Assembly (NCBI GenBank): GCA_965203515.1
Contig: OZ241907.1
Span: forward strand, 1,952,001-2,016,000
Length of the DNA stretch: 64,000 bases
Origin: Spirochaetia bacterium
GTDB taxonomy: Bacteria > Spirochaetota > Spirochaetia > SZUA-6 > Bin103
Direction: 5' to 3'
Shown: in pieces, positions 30,908-40,352 of the stretch
Position numbering within the stretch: the first letter of the stretch is position 1
Layout: every line of letters starts with the position of its first letter
Program-made: the position numbers and the translations under genes
Notes under the pieces: model-generated
What the model saw: only the letters and a program-made list of their open reading frames with translations
Database searches by the model: none
What the model was told of the DNA's origin: nothing

Positions 30908-32227
30908 TCAGGAACGGATCGCCTCGGTCAGGAACGGCCGCAGGCGCTCCAGACCGTAGAGCGGGACCGACACGATGTCGCCGTCGCGGCGCAGGCGCCC
31001 CCCGTAGACGCGCACGGCCAGCGGCGGTCGATACCGCTCCGCGAACACGGCCAGACTCCGCAACCGTCCGGTCTTGCCCGCCTTGACCTCGACCGGCACC
31101 ACGCGACCGGCCGCCACCGTCAGGTAGTCGACCTCGGCGCTGCTGTTCTTCTGCCGCCGGTGCCAGTAGCTCAGCTCCGGACGTTCGTACGGGCTGCGGT
31201 ACGCCAGCAGCTCCTGGCCCACGAACTGCTCGGCGACCGCTCCGTCGTCGATCCGCATGGGATCGCCGTCCAGAAGCTGCTCGGCGGCGCCGCTCAGATT
31301 CTGCATGAGCCCGACGTCGACCATGACCAGCTTGTAGTGGCGGTCGTCCGCTTCCGCTCCCAACGGCAGGCCGGCTCCCGAGGTGGAGCATACGCGGTGC
31401 ACCACGCCGGCCTTCTCCAACAGCTCCACCGCCGAGCGCAGATCACGCGACCGGCTGTCCGGGTCGACCTTGGAGTAGACGAACTTGCGCCCGACCAGCC
31501 GCGCGGCGTGCAGGAAGACCCGATCGAGGTGGGGATGACGGGCCGCCCGAGCGTACTTGCCGAAGTCGTCGCGAAACGTCTGGGTGATGGCGGTCTGAAC
31601 GCGGGCTGCCCGCGCGATGCTGCCGGTCGCCCGGTACTCGGCCACCACGGCCGGCATGCCGCCGAGCAGCAGATAGGTGCGCAGCAACGCGCTCAGGTGG
31701 TCGTGCACGGGGGCGCTCACGCCGGCCATCGACCGCGCAGCCTGCCGCGCGGGTTCCTGGCCGACCGCCGGCAGGAACTCCGCGAACGACAGCGGGTGCA
31801 TGAACAGCGGCTGGATGCGGCCCACCGGCATACGGAGCCGCTCCGCCTCCAAGGCGAACTCCAGCAGCGATCCGGCTCCGATCACGTGCAGGTCCGGCGC
31901 CTGCTCGTAGAAGTAGCGCAGCGCCATGATGGCGGCAGGACACTCCTGAATCTCGTCGAGGAAGAGCAGCGTCCGGCCCGGCTCGACCGGCTTCCCGCGC
32001 AGCACGCCGATCCGGTCCAGGATCTCCTGCGGGTCCAGGGTGTCGAAGCAGCGCCGGTAGCGCGGCTCCTGCTCCAGGTTGATCGAGGCGAAGTCGGCGA
32101 ACGTCCGTTCGGCAAGGGCCGTGACCGCGTAGGTCTTGCCGACCTGCCGGGCGCCCCGGATCAGCAGCGGACGGCGGCCGTCGCCCTCTGCCCAATCGTC
32201 CAGCACGGCGTCCACCTCTCGTTGCAC
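30908..32227 (-). CDS. AAA_14 ATPase with DUF4143 and PD-(D/E)XK-like tail
   Basis: GARQVGKT, FLDEIQ, GGMP, DVGL, EVDY...VEVK. Confidence 0.9.
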   Translation of the reverse strand: MQREVDAVLDDWAEGDGRRPLLIRGARQVGKTYAVTALAERTFADFASINLEQEPRYRRCFDTLDPQEILDRIGVLRGKPVEPGRTLLFLDEIQECPAAIMALRYFYEQAPDLHVIGAGSLLEFALEAERLRMPVGRIQPLFMHPLSFAEFLPAVGQEPARQAARSMAGVSAPVHDHLSALLRTYLLLGGMPAVVAEYRATGSIARAARVQTAITQTFRDDFGKYARAARHPHLDRVFLHAARLVGRKFVYSKVDPDSRSRDLRSAVELLEKAGVVHRVCSTSGAGLPLGAEADDRHYKLVMVDVGLMQNLSGAAEQLLDGDPMRIDDGAVAEQFVGQELLAYRSPYERPELSYWHRRQKNSSAEVDYLTVAAGRVVPVEVKAGKTGRLRSLAVFAERYRPPLAVRVYGGRLRRDGDIVSVPLYGLERLRPFLTEAIRS

Positions 32228-32403
32228 AGCAGTCTTACCGGGTCGCCGGCTCACCATACCGTGGAGGATGGCTGAAATCAAGGGCTATCGTAGCCACTCG
32301 ATGGCTTTAGTAGGGTGGTATCTTCGCCATTTGCGGGACCGTCGCGGCTGCCGTCGTGACGTCGACGGGCGATCTGCGATAATGGTTCCAGGAGGTGTAC
32401 GGC

Positions 32404-33168
32404 ATGAGCATTGCGGATGAGCAGGTGGCGGCGTACCGCCACGACGGCTTCACGGTGGTGGAGGACATCCTGACGGCGGACGAGTTGCGGCGGACGCGCG
32501 AGCACATCGAAGGGATCGCCGAGGGGCGGATCCCGTTCCCGGAGGCCGGCCTGGAGTACGAACCGGGCGCGCGGGACAAGGGCCGGTCCCTGGACACGCT
32601 GCGCAAGATCAACGGCGCGGCGCCGCACGATCCGTTCTTCCTGGCATTCGCGCGCCATCCCGGCCTCCTGCAGGTGGCGACCGCGCTGCTCGGCCCCGAC
32701 GTCAAGCTGTTCGGCGACCAGACCTTCATGAAGCCGCCCGGCGGCGTGGAGAAGCCGTATCATCAGGATTCCGCATACTTCACGATCGAACCGACCGATC
32801 TGGTCACCGCCTGGGTGGCGCTGGACGAGGTCACGCTGGAGAACGGCTGCCTGTGGGTCATCCCCGGCAGCCACCGGCAGGGCATCCGCGACCACAGCCA
32901 GGCGTGGGTAGTGGGCGACCGCACGGACAAGCAGGTGCCGGACGAGGCGATCGACCTGGCGCGCGAGGTACCGATCACGCTCAGCGCCGGCAGCGCCTCG
33001 TTCCATCACAGCGTGCTCCTGCACCGTTCGGGGCCGAACCGCACGCCGCACCGGCGCCGCGGCCTGGCCGTGCACTACATGAGCGCGCGCTCGCGCTGGA
33101 CCGGACCGCCGGAGGAGAAACCGGACTATCCCCTGCTCCACGGCGCGTCCCACCCCGGCTGCGTGTAG
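32404..33168 (+). CDS. PhyH-family dioxygenase
   Basis: HQDSAY, TAWVALD, ENGCL, H.SGPN..RR. Confidence 0.9.
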   Translation: MSIADEQVAAYRHDGFTVVEDILTADELRRTREHIEGIAEGRIPFPEAGLEYEPGARDKGRSLDTLRKINGAAPHDPFFLAFARHPGLLQVATALLGPDVKLFGDQTFMKPPGGVEKPYHQDSAYFTIEPTDLVTAWVALDEVTLENGCLWVIPGSHRQGIRDHSQAWVVGDRTDKQVPDEAIDLAREVPITLSAGSASFHHSVLLHRSGPNRTPHRRRGLAVHYMSARSRWTGPPEEKPDYPLLHGASHPGCV

Positions 33169-33257
33169 CGCTGCGACAAGAAGCGTCACGTCGACTGCAA
33201 CTCGGATCGACCATGTTCCAGCCCGATGCTCGACCGAAGGCGCTCAACTCCGGCGGG

Positions 33258-33752
33258 TCAGGCAGTAGCCTCGCGGGCGGTCTTCAGCGCTGCGCGCTCG
33301 TCGGCAGTCTCGGCCGGTACCAGGCCGGGCAACGTTCCGAGCCTGCGACAGCACGGGAAGCACTGCGCTACGTCTCCACAGACCAGAGCGTACCGTTCCG
33401 GAGCGCGGCGCCCGCACTCGCAGCACACGTGCAGCGTGGCGCCACGCTCGGCACGGCGGCGCTCGTCTTCGGCACGGTGCCGCGCAAGCTCCTGAGGAGA
33501 GCTGCTGAACGCGACGTTGATGGCCTGGGCCAAGCTGCATCCCGGGCCGTAGTTCCCGCGCTGTCCCCGCTTGCCGTAGGCGTTCTCTTGCAGCACGCTG
33601 AATCGTATATCGGCAAGCGCCGCCGAGTAGTGCTGCTCCTGCTCCCCGGATGTCAAGGAGTTCCAGTACTCGATCTCGGCGGCCGTCAGATCGAACCGCG
33701 CGCGGAGGGACTCGGTCACTTTGGGTGTCGGTCGAGTCGCAGCGTTTCCCAT
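33258..33752 (-). CDS. Hypothetical protein with two CxxC-like motifs
   Basis: CCECG and CFPCC; TGaTACAAT 6 nt before ATG. Confidence 0.55.
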   Translation of the reverse strand: MGNAATRPTPKVTESLRARFDLTAAEIEYWNSLTSGEQEQHYSAALADIRFSVLQENAYGKRGQRGNYGPGCSLAQAINVAFSSSPQELARHRAEDERRRAERGATLHVCCECGRRAPERYALVCGDVAQCFPCCRRLGTLPGLVPAETADERAALKTAREATA

Positions 33753-33833
33753 ATCCGGATTGTATCACAGACAGAGCGCGTTGGGACCCCACGGCTTGCA
33801 GCATGATCTGATCGATCCGGTAACTACGATAAG

Positions 33834-34766
33834 ATGACGCTGGACGAGTTTCGTCAGAAGCTGACCAATCTCAACGTCTGGAAGCAGGGCAGGCAACGCG
33901 CTCCCCACAAGCCGTTGCTGCTGCTGTTGGCGATGGGACGGGCCGCTCAAGGAGCAGAACGCCTCGCCCCGTTCAACGAGATCGAGGAGACGCTTACCGG
34001 CCTGCTCCGGCACTTCGGGCCGCCGCGACAGACGCACCACCCCGAGTTTCCGTTCGGCCGCCTGGTTACGGATGGGCTGTGGGAGATCCCCGGAGCCGAT
34101 TCGCTGCGCCGGACCAGAAGCGGCGATCTGTACAAGACCGAGCTGCAAGAGCGCGGCATCACCGGCGGCCTGCCTGAGCCGCTGTACCGGCTGCTTGCCG
34201 CCGATCCTGCGAGCGCACGGGCGGCGGCACACTGGATCGTGGACGAGCATTTCCCCGTTTCGATGCACCAGCACGTCCTGGAGACCGTAGGGCTGGCGGG
34301 CGCGGTGGAGGAGGAAGAGAAATCCAGACTTCGTCGTGATCCCCATTTCCGCGACTTGGTGCTGACCGCATACGAGCGCCGGTGCGCGATCTGCGGCTTC
34401 GACCTGCGGCTCAAGGACGACCTGATGGGCCTCGAAGCCGCGCACATCCAGTGGCACTCCCACGGCGGTCCGGATCGCGTCACCAACGGACTGGCGCTGT
34501 GCACGTTCCACCACGGAGCGTTCGATCGTGGGGCGGTCGGTTTGGAAAGAGTAGCCGGCGGAGCCGGATACCGGTCGCTGGTATCGGAGGAGATCAATGG
34601 TGCGAGCGCGGCGATTCGCTGGCTTCTGGACTACCATGGCCAGCCCGTGCGTCCTCCTCAGAACGACGCCGGTGAGCCTCATGAGAAGTACGTGAAGTGG
34701 CACAGCGAAGAGGTATTTCGGGCGCCGGCACGGAAACTCCCGCCCGTGGAAGTCCGCCGGCGATGA
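33834..34766 (+). CDS. SBD-HNH nuclease (phosphorothioate-DNA-binding type IV restriction-like)
   Basis: APHKPLLLL and EFPFGRLVTDGLWEI (sulfur-binding domain pattern); CAICG, EAAHI, NGLALC..HH..FD. Confidence 0.85.
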   Translation: MTLDEFRQKLTNLNVWKQGRQRAPHKPLLLLLAMGRAAQGAERLAPFNEIEETLTGLLRHFGPPRQTHHPEFPFGRLVTDGLWEIPGADSLRRTRSGDLYKTELQERGITGGLPEPLYRLLAADPASARAAAHWIVDEHFPVSMHQHVLETVGLAGAVEEEEKSRLRRDPHFRDLVLTAYERRCAICGFDLRLKDDLMGLEAAHIQWHSHGGPDRVTNGLALCTFHHGAFDRGAVGLERVAGGAGYRSLVSEEINGASAAIRWLLDYHGQPVRPPQNDAGEPHEKYVKWHSEEVFRAPARKLPPVEVRRR

Positions 34767-34810
34767 CCGGCACGTCGGGAGGCGTCCGCCATCAGCCCGC
34801 CGCCCCTTGC

Positions 34811-34880
34811 TGCCAACCCACGCCCGCTTGTGGCATCGTCCCGCCGTTGCGACACTGGGGCTTCTCATCTTGATTGTCGC
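34811..34880 (+). repeat. ~70-bp direct repeat, copy 1
   Basis: tgccaacccacgcccgcttgtggcatcgtcccgccgttgcgacactggggcttctcatcttgattgtcgc. Confidence 0.92.
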
Positions 34881-35186
34881 TCGGTTCGTCCTGATTGTCG
34901 CTACCCAGGCCGCCCGAAGCTACCTACGTTTGGGAAGTGCGCCCGAAGTGGGGTGAGGGTTGACGCTGCTTGCGCTATCGGTATACGCTATCGGTATCAT
35001 CCCCGGACCATCAGGGAGGAAGAGGGAAGCGTTGACCGAGTTCATCGAGAGCGAACGGCTGCAGAACCTGAACAGGGCCGCCTCTCTAGAAAGCATGGGA
35101 CACGGTTCCTCATCTCCACGAATCCCCTGTACCGCTGCCACAGTCCTTATGATGCCCATGCTCCGGCCGGATTACGGGGTCCACCG

Positions 35187-35702
35187 ATGCCTGGTGCGAT
35201 AGGATTGACGACCTCAGCGTTGGACGAATTCCGCGGTCACTATCAACCACGTGAACCAAAGAAGATCGACCATCCTCATGAGTCGAAAGAGATCGAATCC
35301 AAGGATGGCTTGGCATTTCTGCGACAGGCTCCGGCCTCGGGCGTGAAATTCGGTAATCCTCAGAAACCCGAAGATTCTGTCCGCAATACTTACCTATGGG
35401 TGATCGACTATCGCGGGATACCCTATCTTATCGAGAGTCCTATGGCTATTCTCGACTTTCATTGTCCAAAACATACCAATATAACCGGTGGCAAGTCAGC
35501 TTACATCGGCGGCGAACTCTGGTTCTCTGACGTCAACCGTATATTTGTATCCGGTGGTTCCGGGCGCTTTCCCCCATTGAACGAACGGCAACTCGATGAC
35601 GCAATAGGCGTATTTTCATCCTTCAAATATATCGTAAAGTCACTGGGATGGAATCGTGAGACGGGCCGTGCAAGGCGAGTTCTGGAGTCGTGGAATGAGT
35701 AA
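35187..35702 (+). CDS. Putative toxin-like protein
   Basis: YLWVID..G, KHTNITGG..AYIGGEL.F, SGGSGRFP; low GC; stop overlaps next ATG; start uncertain. Confidence 0.65.
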   Translation: MPGAIGLTTSALDEFRGHYQPREPKKIDHPHESKEIESKDGLAFLRQAPASGVKFGNPQKPEDSVRNTYLWVIDYRGIPYLIESPMAILDFHCPKHTNITGGKSAYIGGELWFSDVNRIFVSGGSGRFPPLNERQLDDAIGVFSSFKYIVKSLGWNRETGRARRVLESWNE

Positions 35703-37125
35703 CGTAGCAGCCGTATTCGGACCCAAGCTGGGTCACTTGAGCGCGACACAGGCTGCGCTCGAATCGAACCTCCTGTTCGTAAGAGGAAGGAATGAACTCG
35801 GGGTGTTCGATGCATCCCGATGTCCGACCGGACATGTTTTGACCGCGTGGGAAGCATACCAAGCGTATGGGATGCGCATACTCGAAGAGGCGGTAGAATA
35901 CGGAAGCGCAATCTTGATTCGTTCCGGCGGCAGCATGGAGCCGACCATACGCAGTCGCATCGAACAGCTTGGCTTGACCGACTCCGCCGTTGCCCGTGAG
36001 AGCGACCTTGCCCTCGAGGTCGTGAAGCGAGCCGGTCATCGAAGCGTTGACAATGAAACCGGTCATCTGGAACGTATCGGGTTCATCCTGGGCCTTGACG
36101 AGCTACGGCTCGGATACCGGCCAACCGGTGAAGCGGATGCAGGCTTGGCCGTCCGCCTCAAGACATTGCGACCTCCGACAGCTACCGGTGCGGTCGGTCT
36201 GAGTCCGACCGCGGTACTCAAGTTCGCTCATTCCGCTTCCGTGATCCGAACGCAGCACCGGCTGCAGCGCTGGCTCGGGATGGAGGACGGCATTGGGTGG
36301 TTTGACCCGACTGACGACTACGGCACGGCGATTTCTCCAGCATACAAGGTCGGATACAATCTCGCCGAACGTGCACGACAGCGTCTGAACATCGGCGACA
36401 GACCGATCGTCTCTATGAAAGAACTGGTGGAGAAGACTCTCGGAATCCCGGTGATTCAGACGAGACTGTCCGCCAACATCGCCGGGGCGACCATTGCCGT
36501 GAGCAATGACGAACACGGGGAAGCCCGGGGAATCGTTCTCAACACGATCGGCGCGAACTCCAATGTTTGGGTGCGGCGAGCTACGCTCGCTCATGAACTT
36601 GGGCATCTGTTGTTCGATCCCATACAGTACCTGGAGCATGTGCGCGTAGACACGTATCAGGCGAATGAAGTTGATCCTCAGGTCACTGCGACGGATTACG
36701 TGGAGCAACGAGCGAATGCTTTCGCAATCGCCTTTCTCGCTCCCCGGAATGCTGTGCGTAACATGGTCCTGACCGGCCGTCGAACGGATCCTATACGAGA
36801 GGTCATGGAGACCTTCGGAATCAGCCATACGGCCGCCTGCTATCACATCAGGAACTCTTGTTATGGTCGCTATGAATTGACGGAGGATCGGTCACTTGAT
36901 GCGGTGCCTTCCGATGAGCAAAAGGCAGCGGAAGACTCCACACTCGACTACTTTCCCATCCGCACCACACCGGATATACGACGCGGCACGTTTTCTGAAG
37001 TCGTGACAGATTGCTATGATAAGCGCTACCTTTCAGACCACTCGGCAGCCCAGTATATGAACTGCAGCAAGTCCGACTTTAAGGATAATATAGAAGCAAT
37101 TCGCGATCTATATGGACTAAATTAG
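35695..37125 (+). CDS. HTH-like + ImmA/IrrE (M78) metallopeptidase
   Basis: IRSRIEQLGLT..VA HTH-like segment, LAERARQRL, RATLAHELGH, EQRANAFAIAFLAP. Confidence 0.88.
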   Translation: MSNVAAVFGPKLGHLSATQAALESNLLFVRGRNELGVFDASRCPTGHVLTAWEAYQAYGMRILEEAVEYGSAILIRSGGSMEPTIRSRIEQLGLTDSAVARESDLALEVVKRAGHRSVDNETGHLERIGFILGLDELRLGYRPTGEADAGLAVRLKTLRPPTATGAVGLSPTAVLKFAHSASVIRTQHRLQRWLGMEDGIGWFDPTDDYGTAISPAYKVGYNLAERARQRLNIGDRPIVSMKELVEKTLGIPVIQTRLSANIAGATIAVSNDEHGEARGIVLNTIGANSNVWVRRATLAHELGHLLFDPIQYLEHVRVDTYQANEVDPQVTATDYVEQRANAFAIAFLAPRNAVRNMVLTGRRTDPIREVMETFGISHTAACYHIRNSCYGRYELTEDRSLDAVPSDEQKAAEDSTLDYFPIRTTPDIRRGTFSEVVTDCYDKRYLSDHSAAQYMNCSKSDFKDNIEAIRDLYGLN

Positions 37126-37289
37126 AGCTATGATCGACGGGAACTATTGCTGGTAAAGGTGCGAATGTCGGCGTCCGGCGTTCGCCAACGCGCACCGCGT
37201 TACTTACGAGCGCCATCAGGCCTCCCGGCGCCGATCTGACCGGTTCTATGGGACCCTCGACGACGCCTCCTGTCGCTGTTTCCCGTGCT

Positions 37290-37357
37290 TGCCAACCCAC
37301 GACCGCTTATGGCATCGTCCTGCCGTTGCGACACTCGGTTCTCATCCTGATTGTCGC
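37290..37357 (+). repeat. ~70-bp direct repeat, copy 2
   Basis: tgccaacccacgaccgcttatggcatcgtcctgccgttgcgacactcggttctcatcctgattgtcgc. Confidence 0.92.
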
Positions 37358-37451
37358 GCGCTACAGGATCGAGAGAGATTCATAGGTGCCATGGTGCCCA
37401 TTGTGTCGAATCGCTTCTTGGCGTGAGCAGCCGTAGGAGAGAGCAGGGAGA

Positions 37452-38177
37452 ATGCTGAACGTTCTACATCTCGGAGCGAACCGGACGCACGCGACCGTGA
37501 GCCGGGGTTCCGGCTTGCCAGCGGACGCGAAGTATCCCAGCACGCCGTATTGGCCCTGGTCTCCGACGATTGGCCGCGGCGACGACGTGCACATGAACCC
37601 GGAGCGGTTCGTCGGCGCGGAGATCGTCGTGACCGAGAAGCTGGACGGCGGCAACACGCTGCTGCATGCCGGCGCGGTCTACGCGCGCAGCGTGGCCGCC
37701 CCGTCGACCGGCAAGTGGATGGCGATGATGAAGAAGCACCACGCCTGGAAGGTAACCGAACCCGGCGTCTTCCTGTACGGCGAGGACATCTACGGCGTGC
37801 ACAGCATCGAGTACGGACCGGTCGCGGAGCAAGCGACGTTCTACGCTTTCGCGTTGCGCAGCGGCGACGGCGCGTTCGCCGCCTTTGCCGATCTCGAAGC
37901 GTACGTGCGGCAGCGTGATATTCCGCTGGTGCCGGTGCTGTTCAAGGGGCGCTTTCGTTCGGTTGCCGAGCTGCGCGCGTTCCTGGAGCAGGCCCATGCC
38001 GAGCCGTCCGCCCTCGGGGGAGAGCGGGAAGGGGTCGTAGTGCGGCTGGTGCGCAGGTTTCCGGCGGCGGAGTTTCAGGCCAACGTCTGCAAGAGCGTCC
38101 GGTCCGGCCACGTGCAGAGCGACCAGCACTGGACCCGCAACTGGAGACCCTGCCCGATCTCTCGCTCCGAGACTTGA
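37452..38177 (+). CDS. ATP-dependent RNA ligase family protein (start may be GTG 37497)
   Basis: KYPSTP.WPWSP, TEKLDGGN, YGE, FYAF, EGVVVR, KSVR. Confidence 0.85.
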   Translation: MLNVLHLGANRTHATVSRGSGLPADAKYPSTPYWPWSPTIGRGDDVHMNPERFVGAEIVVTEKLDGGNTLLHAGAVYARSVAAPSTGKWMAMMKKHHAWKVTEPGVFLYGEDIYGVHSIEYGPVAEQATFYAFALRSGDGAFAAFADLEAYVRQRDIPLVPVLFKGRFRSVAELRAFLEQAHAEPSALGGEREGVVVRLVRRFPAAEFQANVCKSVRSGHVQSDQHWTRNWRPCPISRSET

Positions 38178-38323
38178 CGCCGGATCAGCATGGCGCTACG
38201 GTCGTCGCCGGTCCCATGCCCGACGATCACGCCGCGGACCAACCGCAGTCCGCGAGGCCGTGACGACTGGCACGGCCGCGAGACCGAGCTGCTGTTCACG
38301 GTCGAACGCGAGGAGAAGATGTA

Positions 38324-38869
38324 ATGACTTACGTGCACCGGATGATCGAGCGGGGCATCCAGGAAGGCATCCGGAAGGCCCGCCGGGAAGCTGAGCTGAC
38401 CCGCCGGGAAAACGAACTGAAGGGTAAGTTGCAAATCATCCAAGGGTTCCTGGGACGCGCGGTACCGTGGGCGACCATTGAGGCGGCCACCGGCATCGAT
38501 GAGGCTACCTTCGGGCGCCTCAAGCAACAGTTCGACGAAGCGCTGGCCGTAGATCATGGCGATGTCGATCGGGCGGACGATGATGCCGGCCCGCTTGGTT
38601 CGGCGACGGTATCTGCCGCTGCGGCACTCGTGATCGACTTGCCATCGGATCTTCCAACGCCGGATGTGTGCGCGACGCCGAAAGGCGAGATCGACCTGAC
38701 GTGGTTTGTTCCGGGCGGGACCGTATCTCTGAGCATAGGTCCCGACGGAAGAGACGTAGTGCTGACCGCAACGCTTGACGACGGTAGAGAGTATAGCGGA
38801 CGTGAGCCGTGGCGAGGGAATATACCGGCGACGATGAAATGTTGCCTTCGAGACATCTGCATTGAATAG
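38324..38869 (+). CDS. Chimeric hypothetical: Rpn C-terminal-like helix + unrelated low-GC domain
   Basis: MTYVHRMIERGIQEG...IEAATGIDE, then LPSDLPTPDV..TPKGEIDLTW. Confidence 0.5.
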   Translation: MTYVHRMIERGIQEGIRKARREAELTRRENELKGKLQIIQGFLGRAVPWATIEAATGIDEATFGRLKQQFDEALAVDHGDVDRADDDAGPLGSATVSAAAALVIDLPSDLPTPDVCATPKGEIDLTWFVPGGTVSLSIGPDGRDVVLTATLDDGREYSGREPWRGNIPATMKCCLRDICIE

Positions 38870-38936
38870 CAAACGGAACGATCTCACCTGATGAAACGAT
38901 TACGGCATCGGCCGGAAGCTCTCGTGCAGCGCAAAT

Positions 38937-39320
38937 CTACAGAACTGAGAATCCTTCGATCTGTGCGGCTTGCGAGAGGCGACCGTCGCTGACTACCACT
39001 CCAGGGTGGCGGGCTCTCCTCTGGCAGCGGTCAAGGCGGCCGCCAGTTGCATCACATCCGCGGCCCCAGCCGCAGAGTATCTCAGCGCCCGGTCCTTCGT
39101 TCCGCTACGACGAGTTCGCTGACGCTCAGGCCGTTCGGAAGACGAGGCCGAGGCGTGGCAAGAAATCGATCGACGTCGAGTGGCGCTTCCGGCGGATCGG
39201 CCAACCCGTTGCGTACAAGTTCCAGCGCCGCTTGGTCGTCTGTCAGTCCCGGATCGCAACGCGTGATCTTTGGTTGCCGGCCGGCTCCGTTGCATGATGA
39301 CTACCGTCTCACCCTATAGC
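38937..39320 (-). pseudogene. Decayed Phd/YefM-VapC toxin-antitoxin pair
   Basis: GETVVIMQRSRP/(fs)KITR...ERRTGR*, then a PIN C-terminal piece AADVMQLAAAL.../(fs)SDGRLSQAAQIEGFSVL*. Confidence 0.7.
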
Positions 39321-39347
39321 CGATGCACCGGAAATGTCAACGGCGCG

Positions 39348-40274
39348 TCAGGACGGCAGGTAGCTGACCGGCAACTCGGCGCCCACGGTCGCCAGGCCCA
39401 GCGTGTACTGGTAGACGTTGATGCGGAAGTCGGGGTTGACGCAGGTGTGCAGGTAGGCCCGTTCGGCGCTCACGCCGTAGTCGTCGACCAGCCAGCGCAT
39501 CAGGTCCTCGACCGCCTGGTCGACCAGCACGGCCAGCGGCGCGCCGGTGCGCAGGGCGACGATCGAGTCCCGCTTCAGCAGCCGGATGCCGGGGATGCGC
39601 TTGCCCGCGATCACCCGGCAGCGCGCCTGCACCACCGCCCGCGTCTCGTCGGCGGTGCCGTAGTACTCGGTGTCCGCCTGGCTGGCGTGCACGTCGCCCA
39701 GGAACAGCAGCGCGCCCGGGTGGTACACGTTGATCTGCACGCGCGTCCCCACCGTGACGTCGCGCGAGTCGAGGTTGCCGCCGGAGACAGTCTGGCCGGT
39801 CGAGGTGTTGAGCGCCTCCCGCTCCGGGGCGACGCCGATGCAGCCGACCATCGGCCGGGTCGGCCACAGCCGCTCGCCGTCGAGGAAGGTGGCGCCGTCG
39901 CGGTGCTCGAACACGCGCACCGTCCACCGGTTCAGCTCCGGCCAGCGGAAGTCGTCGCCGATCTTCGTGCGGTCCGGGCCCCAGTTGGTATAGCCGGTCG
40001 GCTGCAGGTCGATCGCCTCGATCTCCACCTCCAGCAGATCGCCCGGCCGCGCGCCGGCCACCGCGATGGGACCGCCCACCGGATTGCTCTTCGGCGGCGT
40101 GGAGCGGCGGGTCGGCAGCGACGGGATGCGGTCGGCCATCGCCGGGGAGGTGATCAGTCCGGAGCCGGCGTCCTCGGTCTCCACCTGAAAGCTCTCGCCC
40201 TGCTCTACCGTGATGAGCGGCTCGCCCGCGGTGAACTCGTAGCGCATCGCCTGCGCTCGCCTGATCCTCTGCAT
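39348..40274 (-). CDS. Acetamidase/formamidase family
   Basis: NPVGGPI.V.GA.PGD, PMVGCIGV, GGNLD, GDVHASQAD. Confidence 0.88.
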   Translation of the reverse strand: MQRIRRAQAMRYEFTAGEPLITVEQGESFQVETEDAGSGLITSPAMADRIPSLPTRRSTPPKSNPVGGPIAVAGARPGDLLEVEIEAIDLQPTGYTNWGPDRTKIGDDFRWPELNRWTVRVFEHRDGATFLDGERLWPTRPMVGCIGVAPEREALNTSTGQTVSGGNLDSRDVTVGTRVQINVYHPGALLFLGDVHASQADTEYYGTADETRAVVQARCRVIAGKRIPGIRLLKRDSIVALRTGAPLAVLVDQAVEDLMRWLVDDYGVSAERAYLHTCVNPDFRINVYQYTLGLATVGAELPVSYLPS

Positions 40275-40352
40275 GGCCGCCCACGATAGCAGCTTCGCGC
40301 CCGACCGACCGGGCGGTTGAGCGGCGGCGCCGCCGGCCCTATGCTGGCGCGC

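Noticed and set aside
34960..35202. Short ORF inside the cassette
   Set aside because: No recognisable motif; cannot be supported as a gene despite a purine-rich RBS-like stretch
34811..37357. Direct repeats as integron attC sites
   Set aside because: The AAC...GTT spacing is too short, core consensus is poor, and no integron integrase is present
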